DNA of 63,200 nt, filler included, from Stramenopiles sp. TOSAG23-3 (Eukaryota), in NCBI GenBank assembly GCA_900128585.1. It is 3 parts of 3 records of this genome, joined end to end, with 100 filler letters (N's around TTAATTAATTAA, not from the genome) between each part and the next. Parts side by side here need not be neighbours in the genome. Positions count along the whole stretch, not along the records: positions 1 to 30,539 come from LT642229.1; 2 more parts are not named here. One strand, 5' to 3'. Position numbers and translations under genes: made by a program. The notes below the pieces were generated by a model. That model did no database searches, had not been told where the DNA came from, and saw only the letters and a program-made list of their open reading frames with translations. Of the stretch, positions 1-12,100 are shown in pieces; within the stretch, counting starts at the first letter, position 1, and every line of letters begins with the position of its first letter.

Positions 1-78
1 TTTTTTAAAAATTGTGGTTTCAACTAAAGACAATGGCACAGCATAGGTATATAATATGATGATGATGGAGGAAGTTCT

Positions 79-158
79 TTTTTTTTTCTTCTTTCTTCTT
101 TCTTCTTCTTCTTCTTCTTCTTCTTCTTCTTCTTCTTCTTCTTCTTCTTCTTCTTTTT
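79..158. repeat. (TTC)n microsatellite / polypyrimidine tract
   Basis: Run of TTC triplets upstream of the panC start. Confidence 0.95.
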
Positions 159-399
159 GTTGTGTGATGATGATGTGCTTTTTTTTGTTGTTGTTGTTGT
201 TGTGCAGCAGTGGTACCTGTATTTTTTTGTTGCGCGACTTCTTCTTCCGACTTAAGCTTATCGTTGATTAACAGTCTTATATTTGAGACTGAAGAAGAAA
301 AGTAATAACCCCAGTGGTTGGTTAACAATCAAATAGAAACAATAAAATTTATGGTTATATTTAGGTTTTTAATTCCATTTTTCCCGAGGCGCGCGCATC

Positions 400-1341
400 A
401 TGCGTCGAACGTTCTTAAGGTCCAAGGATGCGAAAGCGTTGGTGGTGGCGAGAAACGTCCTTGAAATGAGGACGTACCGGCAGGGCGTAATTTTTAAAAA
501 CCCGAGGGCGACGGTTGGGTTTGTGCCGACTATGGGATTTTTGCACGAGGGGCACTTGAGCCTCTTTCGAGAGGCGCGGAAAAACAATGACTTTGTTGCT
601 GCTTCCATTTTTGTAAACCCATCCCAGTTTGCCGCACACGAAGACTTTGACGTTTACCCGTCGAATATCGAACGTGACTTGCAATATTTGAAGGACGAGG
701 GGGTCGACGTGGTGTTCATGCCAGACTCAAAAGAAATGTACAGCGGCACGCACGCAACGTGGGTAGTTCCCGACAGCGATGGAAACCTTGCAGAAGGCTC
801 TTCGCGGCCTGGTTTTTTTAGAGGGGTTGCCACGGTGGTTACCAAACTGTTCAACATCGTGCAGCCAACCACCAGCTATTTCGGGCAGAAAGACGCGCAG
901 CAGGCAATGGTGATTCAGACGATGGTCGACGACTTGGACATGCCTTTGCGCGTAGAAGTATGTCCGACTGTTCGGGAGTCTGACGGGTTGGCAATGAGCA
1001 GTCGCAATGCCAACCTGTGCAAAGACGGAAGGCGAATCGCCCCAGTCGTTTACCGGGGCTTGCGGGAAGCCGAGAAATATTACGCCGAGAAACGGGTGGC
1101 GGACTCGTTGGCTGGGGGTGGGGGATGTGGGGGGCAACGGACGATGCCCCGATCTTACCTGCAGGAAATCATCGAGGACGTTTACCAGAACGAGGGTGGA
1201 ATAGAGGAGGTTCACTATATCTCAATTGCAAGCAAGCACAATATGGAGGAGTTGGATCACATTGACCTGACGCGGGGGGCAATTATTTCCGTCGCCGTGC
1301 AGATTGGCGGGGTGCGCCTTATCGATAACCTTCTTCTTTGA
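400..1341 (+). CDS. panC: Pantoate--beta-alanine ligase (pantothenate synthetase)
   Basis: Motifs GFVPTMGFLHEGHLSL (HIGH-like), SIFVNPSQF, FFRGVATVVTKLF, YFGQKDAQQ, RESDGLAMSSRN, RLIDN. Confidence 0.97.
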   Translation: MRRTFLRSKDAKALVVARNVLEMRTYRQGVIFKNPRATVGFVPTMGFLHEGHLSLFREARKNNDFVAASIFVNPSQFAAHEDFDVYPSNIERDLQYLKDEGVDVVFMPDSKEMYSGTHATWVVPDSDGNLAEGSSRPGFFRGVATVVTKLFNIVQPTTSYFGQKDAQQAMVIQTMVDDLDMPLRVEVCPTVRESDGLAMSSRNANLCKDGRRIAPVVYRGLREAEKYYAEKRVADSLAGGGGCGGQRTMPRSYLQEIIEDVYQNEGGIEEVHYISIASKHNMEELDHIDLTRGAIISVAVQIGGVRLIDNLLL

Positions 1342-1507
1342 ATTGGAGTCAAGTGTACGAGTAGTATTAAGAAAAAAAACAAGAAAATTAGCGCTGTTAT
1401 TAAGAAAAGCAATTTTGCGAAAAATAAGATGTGGTGCGTGGTGTGTATGTGCTATTTCTTAACAACTTTGATTATTTAGGAACAAATAATTACTATCTCG
1501 CTGTTAT

Positions 1508-3664
1508 TTACAAAAATGTATCCCCAACTTTTCGGCTCGAAAATGTGAGGCCTGTGATCCGCTTCCCCCTTGTTCGTTTCTTTGCGATGGGCGCTCCGAG
1601 GGCCAACGTGTTGTTGTTGGGAATGTTTTCCCTTTTCGGTTTTCGCGATTTCAGAGGCATTGATCTACCGAAACTTATGCGCGTTAAACCTGCGGCCTGC
1701 GGTTCGAGTGCTGGCGGCGGCGGTGTGACCCCCGCGCCACGCCCAGCGCCGCTCACGGTCAGCACGGGCATGGACGCGCTTCCCGCAGGGTTCGCCGTGT
1801 CTGCCTGGCTGGCAATCGCGAGGCCGTGGCTGCGCCGTCGGCGAAGCGCAGAAGACGATGAGGCCCTGGAACACCGAGGGGCAGGGTTTGGAATGCCCAA
1901 TGCTCCGACGCTAGCGGCAGTGCTAGCAGGGCGGACGGTAAGCCCAAGCGGGGCGCTGAAGGCACCCCCTGTGTTATCACGACGCGGCAGCGCATGACGA
2001 CGGTCTCCCCGGGGCACTACCAAGGACGGCCTTGGGCGGGCGCCGGCACTCGTCGCCTCCGCACCGCCGCTCGCCCCTCCTCCAGTGGTTACGGTAAACC
2101 CCGTAGCTTCCAGCACTAATGCTATGTCAGACGCGTCCGTTTGCGCACTTGCTGTTTCCACAATCCTTTCTGCGGCACCAGGGGCGCGTCTTCTCCGCCG
2201 TTTTCGGCACAGGCCAGGGAAGGCCGTCTGGTCGCACGTGGGGCACTTGTAGTGGCTGGATGCGCCACGGCGAACAAACCCTGCGGCACAGGACTCGTGA
2301 AGCCAGTGCCCGCACGGCAAACGAGAAATGTTAGCCCCCGAGTTCGACATGCGCCCGGGGCATTCCACGCACATCGTGCCAACGCCACTACTTAGCGCGG
2401 GGATCGATGAGGACGAGGACCGGCTTCTCCCGCTGGTGCCCCCGCCCTGCTTGAGTAGGTCCGTCAAGTACTCCTCCATGGACACCGTGGTCGTGTCGTC
2501 GTAAATGAACCTGGACTCCATGGTCGCTCGCCGCGAGTTCGTTCGCACACTACTGTCCAGCTGCAGCAACAGCTCGTAGTCCTCGCTCGAAAACTCCCGC
2601 CGGGACTGAATGTCCTGCAATTGACTCAACAGGCTGGCCGACAGGCCGCTCGCACGCTGCCCGTTTCTCCCTGAATTCGCAAGGGCCGCGGGGCCCCGCC
2701 TTCGCCGAACCCTAGGGGCGGGGCTCCACTCCGCATCAGGCGCGTCCCGCTTGACGAACTGGTGCTGGGCGTGGACGGCCGTGCCCCGAAAGCACCGGTC
2801 GCACAGGTCGTACCGCGCGCAGGTTATGCACCTGTAGTTGGTCCCTGTTATCTGCTGTCGAGATGGGCAGTGGCAACATAGCACGCGGGGGTGGTTGGAC
2901 ACCCCCGCCACTTCCTTCTTCAGTTCGTGCAGGGCCATGGGCCCCCAGTCGGTACGGCACAGCGGGCACGTCACCTTCTTCCCCACCGACTGGTTGTGCT
3001 CCGCGTACATCTTCATGCACTTCGCGTGGGCCTGCTTCCCACACCCTTTCTTGCAGTACGTCAGGTCTTTGGCTCCAGGCTTTAAGTCATCCAAACAAAC
3101 CGGGCAAGTGTCGCCCTCCTCGATCGCTCGCCGCTCGACCCCCCCACACCCGTTCGCACCGTCCACTGTCGACGGCGTCGACGACCGGCGGAGAAAGTCG
3201 CGAACGGGGGGGCGACGGCGGGCTTCCGCTCGGCGTCGAAACGTTCCGGAAAGGATATCGTTGACCTCCCTGTCCAGCAAGGCGTGCTGCCACACCAGCG
3301 GGTTGGTAGCCGGAACGCGTAAAAGCTTTATCATGACAAAAAGAACGTGGACGCAAACTTCGGAATCCCCGCACGTGCACTTTTGCATATCCCCAATAGC
3401 AACCTTATACTTTCGGGACCTCGTCTCGGTACTCGTTGTCGGCGGAGTCGTCGTGGCCCCGTCTTCAAGCGAGTGCGTCGTAGTCGCCGGGACCGTCACC
3501 GTTTCCTCCTCCTCATGCCTAACCATAAACAGCGTTGGCCCCAACTCCTGCACCAAGTACAGATTGGCACGTTCCACCCCATCCTGGTTACCAGTGACCT
3601 GAGCTATCCTATGCGTCACGAGCTCGCTCGGTTTCCTTCGATACGGGAACCGTCGCGTCGGCAT
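1508..3664 (-). CDS. ZSWIM2: ZSWIM2/MEX-like E3 ubiquitin ligase (SWIM-RING-ZZ-RING)
   Basis: SWIM CTC...CVHVLFV; RING CPVC..CKKGCGKQAH..C..CPLC; ZZ YRCITCARYDLCDRCF..H.QH; EDYELLLQLD; second RING LPCGHWLHESC..CPTC. First ATG at 3664 (ORF open to 3793). Confidence 0.85.
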   Translation of the reverse strand: MPTRRFPYRRKPSELVTHRIAQVTGNQDGVERANLYLVQELGPTLFMVRHEEEETVTVPATTTHSLEDGATTTPPTTSTETRSRKYKVAIGDMQKCTCGDSEVCVHVLFVMIKLLRVPATNPLVWQHALLDREVNDILSGTFRRRAEARRRPPVRDFLRRSSTPSTVDGANGCGGVERRAIEEGDTCPVCLDDLKPGAKDLTYCKKGCGKQAHAKCMKMYAEHNQSVGKKVTCPLCRTDWGPMALHELKKEVAGVSNHPRVLCCHCPSRQQITGTNYRCITCARYDLCDRCFRGTAVHAQHQFVKRDAPDAEWSPAPRVRRRRGPAALANSGRNGQRASGLSASLLSQLQDIQSRREFSSEDYELLLQLDSSVRTNSRRATMESRFIYDDTTTVSMEEYLTDLLKQGGGTSGRSRSSSSSIPALSSGVGTMCVECPGRMSNSGANISRLPCGHWLHESCAAGFVRRGASSHYKCPTCDQTAFPGLCRKRRRRRAPGAAERIVETASAQTDASDIALVLEATGFTVTTGGGASGGAEATSAGARPRPSLVVPRGDRRHALPRRDNTGGAFSAPLGLTVRPASTAASVGALGIPNPAPRCSRASSSSALRRRRSHGLAIASQADTANPAGSASMPVLTVSGAGRGAGVTPPPPALEPQAAGLTRISFGRSMPLKSRKPKRENIPNNNTLALGAPIAKKRTRGKRITGLTFSSRKVGDTFL

Positions 3665-4645
3665 CCCGAAAACAAAAAAAACAAAAACGTAGATCGCGAA
3701 CAGATCGCAGCGCTGCAACCTACACAAAAAAGGAACACAACTAGACACACAAAACGAAATATCTACGATCCTGTCTTTTATTTCTTTTAACAAAACTCTC
3801 CATTCCTTTCTTTCTGTTAAGTTTTTGAAATCATTTTATTACATTGTCATCGTCGTTACGACGTTATTATTATTAGTTATTTTACCTAAAAATACCTTGT
3901 TGTAACTTTATCAATTTAACATACAAGTAACTAGTAAAATAATAAAATTTACCAACAACAACATCCTCATCATTCGTCGTCGTCGCGACGACGAAAAAAA
4001 GAGAAGAAAGAAGAAGAAAAGAAGAAAAGAAGAAAATCAAAATTCACACTTCTTTGTTTTTTCATTAACATAGAAATACAAGGCGTCCGTTACATTTATC
4101 GTACATATATTATATACTTAATATTAAAACATATATTCCCTATACAATAACATATTTAATGATAATCAATGTATCAGTTGCTACTTATTGTTCTATATAT
4201 ATTCAATATAGGAAGTATTATTTGTTTGTATTAAACTCCGTCCGTCCTGACCCTAATTAGAACATCATCCTCCTATTTTATTATTATTATTTTATATTAT
4301 TTAAAAAAAAAAAAAAATTCAAAAAAAAAAAAAAAAAAATATTGTTGAATCATCACATTAGAGTAAGATTGAAACATCGTACGACGAAGTTTTATTTAAT
4401 CAAAGGTTTACTCATAGGAGAAGTAAGAGAAAAAATGGTAAACAGCTGAGACTCATTCAAATATAGACCCAGCATCCGTATTCTTGCGAAGTTTGATCGA
4501 AGAACCGCCGTGGTTTGGTTTTTGAGTCTGGCAACCACCGCGGGCGTTTGAAATCCTAAGCTGCCTTCTGTGTTAGTGAACCTTTCCTTTCGAAGCTTAC
4601 AGTCTTCCTTGTGGGAATTAGTATATATTTTTGGCGTGTTTTCAA

Positions 4646-4963
4646 ATGGCAGGTTATGCCACAGATAGAACGCCGTTGGTGCCTGAAGATGGTGTGAAGC
4701 CGTCTTCGTCCATTTTTTGTTGTTTTTCATTTTTCTATAGTTCAAAACCGAAGGCGTCGGACCGTGAACGGCTGAGCATTCGCTCCATATCCCCTTTGAA
4801 CGTCCCGCGCGAGCGTAACATGGACCAGCACCGAAGTCGCTTTTACAACCGGATCAACATTCCAGCTGCAGCCCGGGCTGACAAGCCAGATAGCATTTTA
4901 GACGACATTAGGTCCCCAGTCTTGCGCGGAGGCCCAAGGTTTGCAAGTAGAAGACTGGAGTGA
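4646..4963 (+). CDS. Small hypothetical protein (105 aa)
   Basis: ATG ORF in a GC-elevated island within an AT-rich spacer; ATDRTPLV and IFCCF resemble sorting and palmitoylation motifs; no family recognised. Confidence 0.4.
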   Translation: MAGYATDRTPLVPEDGVKPSSSIFCCFSFFYSSKPKASDRERLSIRSISPLNVPRERNMDQHRSRFYNRINIPAAARADKPDSILDDIRSPVLRGGPRFASRRLE

Positions 4964-5031
4964 GAGCCAGTGGTATATAGTTAGCGATGCAGTACCTACC
5001 GCCTGGAGTGCCCCTACAATGTCCATCGGCT

Positions 5032-5095
5032 TGGCATTGAGGCCAAGGCAAGCAGTTGGATGGTGGCATTGAGGCCAAGGCAAGCAGTTGGATGG
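5032..5095. repeat. Perfect 2x32-bp tandem duplication
   Basis: TGGCATTGAGGCCAAGGCAAGCAGTTGGATGG at 5032-5063 and 5064-5095. Confidence 0.95.
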
Positions 5096-5459
5096 ATGCG
5101 GTTAGGGTAGGTTGTGTCGGGTCGGCCGGACTAACCTTGGTGCATGTTTCAACGGGGGAAAGAACGAGGGAAAAAGTATCTTCCGGTGGCCTCGTACTCT
5201 ATTCTTTCTTTTTTAATTAAGGAACATAAACCAATTGAAAAATAATAGAAAAACATTATACAGTATTAAATGTGAAATGCCATGAAAGTTGTTGCTAGGT
5301 ATATATATTTATTTAACATACAAATATCATTATAAGTATATTAAGGTATTTACAATAACACAAATATATTTTAAGAAATCGAAAAAAAGGCTTCTTCTTC
5401 TACTTTTTTGTTGAAGATATTTTTATTAAAATATTTATTTGAGCTGATGGCTGATGGAT

Positions 5460-5665
5460 AAGAAGAAGAGAGATATTAATGGAATTAAAGAGGAAATAGA
5501 GAGGAGAAGAAGATTGAAGAAGAAAGAAGAAGAAAATAAAAGAAGAGGAAATAGAGAGGAGAAGAAGAAGAAGAAGAAGAAGAAAGAAGAAGAAAATAAA
5601 AGAAGAAGAAGAAGAAGAAAGAAAATAAAAGAAGAAGAAAGAAAATAAAAAAGAAGAAGAAGATG
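5460..5665. repeat. GAA-rich polypurine low-complexity tract
   Basis: Degenerate (GAA)n with repeated GGAAATAGAGAGGAGAAGAAGA blocks. Confidence 0.9.
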
Positions 5666-6108
5666 ATATGATGAATATAGTAATAATAATAATTAAATAA
5701 TAATAAAAATAATACTCTCTCCTCCTCCTCTTCTTCTACTACCGGTAGTAATAAAAAAAAAAAATAAAATAAAAAAATAAATCATCTTCTTCTCTATACT
5801 AATAAAAAAGAAAAGATAAGTTTAGAACGACTAATAGTACGAATGAATACCAATAATTATAATTTAATTGATAACAATATTTAACGTTTCGAATGGCAGG
5901 ACTTAATTGTGATAAACATTGAATAATTATATCTTTACCTGTGGTTCCGTGTTGTTTCCGCTTCGCGTGGGTAATATAGAGACAGACGCGCACACACACA
6001 CACAGAAAGAGATCGAGTGCGCGGGAGGGGCGAGAGAGTATACCCTGTCTGCTACCTGCACTCGTCCGTATCGTTTAGTTTCGGCGCGGGCGGTTGTGCG
6101 TGTGTACT

Positions 6109-9100
6109 ATGTTTGAGCGCGTTGCCTCGTACTTTTTGACAAAGTACCTGGGGTGGTTGGTGAAAGGCTTGGACGCGGACAAATTAAACATATCGATATG
6201 GGGAGGTGACGTTGTCCTTCATGACCTCGAACTCCAGGAAGAGGCCTTGGACTTTTTGGAGCTACCGGTCCAGGTAAAACGTGGGTACTTGAAGACGCTC
6301 AGGCTGAACATACCCTGGTCCAGCATAGGCTCTTCCCCCTCAATCGTTGAGCTCGATGGGCTTTACTGCGTTGCATACCCGTCCGATCAGTTTGAATACA
6401 ACGAGGAGGAGGAAAAGGCGAGGCAGAGCGCGGACCGGAGTGCTCAGCTTGAGGCCCTTAACGCGGCGGAAAAAAAGGACGCCGCGGCGGGGGGCGGCGG
6501 GGGCGGTGGCGGGTATTTCGCTGGAATGATCACCAAAATTGTACAGAATTTAAAACTTGTTATTTCGAACGTGCACATCCGTCTGGAAGACAAAAGCTCC
6601 GACCCAAGGCACCCTTTTGCCGTGGGGATGGTTTTGCAGGAAATCCGACTGGACGGCGCCTCGTTTCAAAACATTGCGGAGGCGAGCATCGATTCCCGCG
6701 GGGACGAGCTGGTGACGAAACCGGATGGGATGATTCGCAAGGCCTTCGTCATCAAAGGCTTCGCGGTCTACTTTGACTCGGACCTTCACGAGGAGATAAA
6801 TTACATCAGCGTCGGGGACAACGACACCGCAGAAGTTTTGATTCACGAGATGCAAAATTTAGGCATAACGGATGGTGACGGGGAGGCCGAGGCGCCCTTG
6901 CCGTGCACCCCGAAGCACTTTCTTGTCCAGCCCGTGACGGTGGAAATATATGCTGCCGTCGACGACCAAATGGTTGGGGGCTTGGGGGCCGCGGCATACT
7001 ACGGCACGGGCAAACTCCCCCCTGCGATGGACGTGCGAATCGACATTTCAACGTTTGGGGTCAAGCTGGCCAAGCGCCAGTACCGAGACCTGCTGAATTG
7101 CATTTCGTTCTTTTCCAACCATGCGACGATCTCGAAAAACCGCAAATTTCGCCCAAAAGTCCAGGTCAGGGAAGACCCCGCCAAGTGGTGGCATTATGCG
7201 TACAATGCCGTCATTCTGGAACTGAGGGAAAAAAAGAAGAGCTTGCGGTGGGACAAGCTCGTTCTCACCGTGAAGCAGAGGAAAGAGTACATAGAGCTGC
7301 AAAAACGGAAAAACAAGAAGTACGCGGAAACCTTTGGCCTGACCAAGTTGAGCGCGGACGTAGCCGCAACTGCTCAGGCTGTTCGGCTTGAAGATAACTT
7401 TGCAATAGGTGAAATAGTGGAAATGAGGAAACGCGCGGAGCACGAAGTGATGGGAGAATTGCGAGAAGAGAAAATGCGGTGTGCGACGGGTGTGGGCGCG
7501 GCAGGGGAGTCGCAGGGTTGGGTCGCTTGGATGTGGGGGAGCGCCGATCCCGAAGAGGAAGAGCACCAAGACGACGAAGAGGGCGAGTTTCAAATTAGCA
7601 AGGAGGAGAAGAAGAAATTCAACCAACTGTTCGCCAACGGGGCCGAGCAGAGGGACAAGATGATTGCAATAATAGCTGAAGGCTCAAAAGATAGAGCTTC
7701 CATGATTCTGAACTTTAAACTCTCCTCTATTGATGTCCAAATTGGGACGGTTTGGGACAAATCGTCGGTCATGAACTTAAAAATCGATTCGCTGTTTTCC
7801 TCTGTTAAAATGCTGAATGATTCAACGCTTGTAAATGCTCACATAAATAATCTGCACGTGCAAGACGTGGGGTCGGATTCTGCCGAAGAATGTTTGGAGA
7901 TTGTACGGCGGCCGGCAAACCGGATGCATCCCATGAAAAGGGCAGGCGACAACCAACTGCTGCAGCTAAGCTATTTGACCAGCGCTGCTGCAAGCAGCGA
8001 TTCCGGTGCAGCCACAGCGCACCTCAAATTAACGTTCCGGCCGTTAGACATTACGGTTAGCTTCCCCTTTCTGGATGGGGTGAGTGCGTTTTTCGCACCG
8101 GAGGAACAGGTCAATTTAGACAATTTCATATTTGCTGCTGCAGAGCAAGCGGAGGCCCTGCGGCAAACAAGCGCTGCCAAAGCGCAAGACGTTCTTTCAA
8201 GCTCTTCAAAGATGTTAGTGGACGTAACGATATCGCCCCCAACAATTTTGGTCCCGGCAGATGTGTCCTGGACCGCGGAGGGGGACGGTGCAGGCTCGTT
8301 GCCAGGGAATGGGCACGATCTAATGCTCTGTGTAGCCATAGGAGAATTAACTATTGCGAGTGTTGAAGGCCTCGTATGCGAAGAGATTTCTTTGTCAGAC
8401 GCCGTAACGCCTTTTCACAAGCCCTCTCAGGAGTACGATCCGTTGGCCGTCACGGTGACCGGTACGAAAGTGATCATAGCATCTCGGCTAAAAGATTACC
8501 GCGACGAAGTGACCCAGACCGAACACGATTTACAGCTCATCACAAACCTTGACATCGAACTGCAAGTCGATAGGTGCATTGCTCCGTTCCATGTTGATAC
8601 GCCGAATTTGCGCATTGGTGGCATGATTAAGAGTTTAGATGTGCGCCTAAGCTCCAGAAAGTTAAAGCAGATCCAATTGCTATCAGAAACGATGTTCGCA
8701 TCGCCAGAAAACGTGGACGTGAGCGGCCGTGAAACCGCAATGGGCACCGATCAAGGGGCTGTTGCACCACCCGATAAACGCTCGCCAAATGCGGGACTTT
8801 CATCGGCAAGCTTGCGCCTTCTTCAGCGAAGTGTCAGCATAGCAGCCCAAATTAGCATTCAAAACGTTTCTGTATCGTTAAGTTCCAGAAGCAGCACGGT
8901 TTTGGGCCAACCGCACTATGTCGAAGGGTTGACAAAAGAGATTATCCACGTCGCTTTGAGCGGACTTACGGTGGAATACTTGGCAAGAACATACGATTCG
9001 TCAATATTTGCGGCCATCGAAGGTTTTGCCATTGAAGACTTGCTCAGCTCGCAAGAGGCCGCAAGCGCTCCTCGAGAACAGCAACATTATCTCATCAACG

Positions 9101-12100
9101 ACAAAGCAGTGTCAACGCATGAATGGGCAAATCGAGAATACAGTCAAACCAATAGCGATTTTTTGAATTGTAAAGTATGGATGGTATCACCAGATTCCCC
9201 GGATGCTGCGATATGTAAAGCCGGGACAGATGTTTCCGCGCACATAGGCGCTTTAACAATAGTTTCGAATTTAGATTTATTGGCAATTTTGACAAGGTTT
9301 TTTGGCGATGACGGAGCGCCGTCACCTGCTGCCGGTGTAACACCAGATGCAACCGCAGTGCCTGCCCCAGAAAATATGCCGACAGAAGACGGTTCATCCG
9401 TTGAAAAGTTAAATGTGAGGCTAAGTATGGGAACCCTCGCAGTGTTGTTGGATTATTGTAATAGAAAATCTGAAAAAGCTACCACTAGCTGTGTGGGGTC
9501 GTTGACCTTTGCCAATGCGCTGATCGGGTACGAGGCGACACTGGCGTCTATGAGAGTCATGCTGAATACGGGTAGTTTGTCGTTTTTGGACCATACCGAA
9601 CCTGGAAAATTGTATAAAGGCTGCATTATAACAAACGATGAATTGTTGACCGCGGCAAACCGAGCCTTGATCAGGCCTAAGGTTAAGCGGGCCGGGACGT
9701 TGCGAGACGCAGCCATTGTTTCCAGATGTTTCACTTGCTGGAAACGTTGTGCGTGGAAAAACGGTTACCTGTTGCGAAGCAACCAACTAAGCACGACATG
9801 CACAATATTTAGCAAAAATAGAAAATGGGCAAACTTGGTATTGGCTCAAAATGACGAGAAAAAGATTTCTGCGTTGAACGTGCTGTACGACAGCAGCCCT
9901 CTGTTTAATGGCTACGATTCCAATTTAGTGGTCCATTTAAATTTTGTGCAGTACAACTATCTTGCAAGGTTTCTTGCGGAATTCTTTTGGTACTTGGATA
10001 ACTTCTACGAGTCGCTGTGGCCAGGGTCGATGAAAGAGTATTATGACATGCAGCAGAACCCAGACATGCAGGTTTATTATACCCCATCGTCTTTGCCCAA
10101 AATGAAAGTAATCGCAAACGATTTTAAGATTTGCATTCCTCTTAGCTCTACGTCACACCAACGTGGAGAAATCTGCATGGATAAATTAATATTAGTGAAT
10201 AGCGATCAGTTGGATACTGCACCGCAAAGAAGTTCGCCGAACAGCATAGGTGCCGGTGGTGAAGGTTTGCAAGGCACCCCCCGCATTAGTGAAGCAACGT
10301 TCGCGTCTGATAGTGATAGAAGTAGTGATAGCGATGAAGATTTTTTTGACTCTCCTGCAAAGCGTAAAGCTGGCTCTACCGTCATTCATCTTGGTGATCT
10401 GAAGGCCGCAAGTTATGACACCGACGTTGAAACAATTGGCGAACAGACAGATGAAGAATTGTATATGTCTTACAACGAAAGCTCTGATGATGAAGACTGG
10501 GAAGAAGCCGCAGGCGATGACGATTTGTTAAATGCATCTCAAGCGGTAAATATTAGCCCGGAGGATCAGTTTGAATCGGACCGATATAGAAACACTTCAG
10601 AAATGCTCGATCACTTCATGGCATTTTCAAACGAAATTGCCACTAAAGTGGGCAGACCGTCTAGTAGACCTGCCACCCCAGTCGCCCGAAGCACCCAAGA
10701 AAATTTAGATCACTTTATAGGCATTAGCGATGGACACCTAGATGAATATATTGATGAATCGGGGAAGGCAAATATCAACGGGCATGCCGTACAGAACCAG
10801 AAAGAAACACCCGAAAGGCTAAGAAAGATGAGGATATCGCTGGTAAACTTCACTTTCATGACATATTTGAAAACTCCAAAGAAATACTCTGGTAGTCTGG
10901 GCGCAGCACAAGCGGCGAGCAGCGATTTGTATGGTGTGGCGTTGATACCGTCTGTCGACTGGGAAATGCAATTTGACATGCCAGAGAAAATAAATGATTC
11001 TGGGGCTATGAACGGCAAGCTTGCACCTATGGTGATTGGACTGCATTTTCCGGAAGCAACGATTGCGTTGTCATACCGTCAGTATTGCTTCATTCTAGAA
11101 CTTCTCTCTCGAAACTTATCCGAAGATTTCATTGTTGTACAACCATTAGCCAGTTATCGGCCTCCGCCAGTTATCGATGGTGCCGCAAAGTGGTTGGAAT
11201 GCCCCATAACATTTCGCTCTCTTGCATTGGAATTGTCAGACTTCCGCCCCTCTGGGGAGACACTAGATGAATATACCGAAGTGTGTTTGACTAAACTTGT
11301 TTTAAAAGATGCAAAACTGAATTATGCGTCCACAAATATAGGATCAATGTTAGTGGACATCAATGCGGCGACCCTCTTGGCATATGATCTCGGCGAGTCG
11401 AGGCAAAACTTTGCTGAACAGTATTTATGTGTTTTAAAAGGGGCAACGGAAGGGGGGAAAGGTTGGTCAATAAAATACCATGCTATTGTTCTGGAAGCAG
11501 ATTTGGGCGAGGAGAAATTGAAGTGTGACAGTGTCATCGATTTGCAATTTAACGGGTTGGATTTGGTCGTTTCTCCTGGTCTGCTTGATTTCATTAACTA
11601 CTGGACAGCCGAGGATCCGATGGACTGGGATGGGCCATATCCACCGTGGCCTGAGCCAATAGAATACCAGAATACTATGCTTCTGCTTCTTGAAGATACA
11701 AAAATATGTGCCGTCATTGGAGACGTGATGGAAAATCCCAACGATACCCCTATATGCGTGTCACTCCAAATTGATGTTGACTTGCAAACAACGGACATTG
11801 ACATGGATTTAAAATTGAACATTTTCAATCTGCGAGGGTATCGATCGTCTCCAAAATTTTCCGAAACTTCCCAATCAAACGACGACTTAATCCAGCCGTT
11901 CCAAACCCATGTGCGACTGATCCAAAAAGAGAAAGTTAAAGGAGTGAATAGTAAACGGTGTTCCCGAACGATCACTATGACTGCGTCCGAACCTCTCAAT
12001 ATCGTTCTCCTTGAAAAGAATTACGTGACGCTTATGAACGTCTCGGTGTTGCTTGGAGGTGGCGAGGAGGTAGAATCGGAAGATGATGGCACAGCGGAAC

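Noticed and set aside
5032-5095. 32-bp direct repeat as a possible CRISPR array
   Set aside because: Two adjacent copies, no spacer, no cas genes, eukaryotic context
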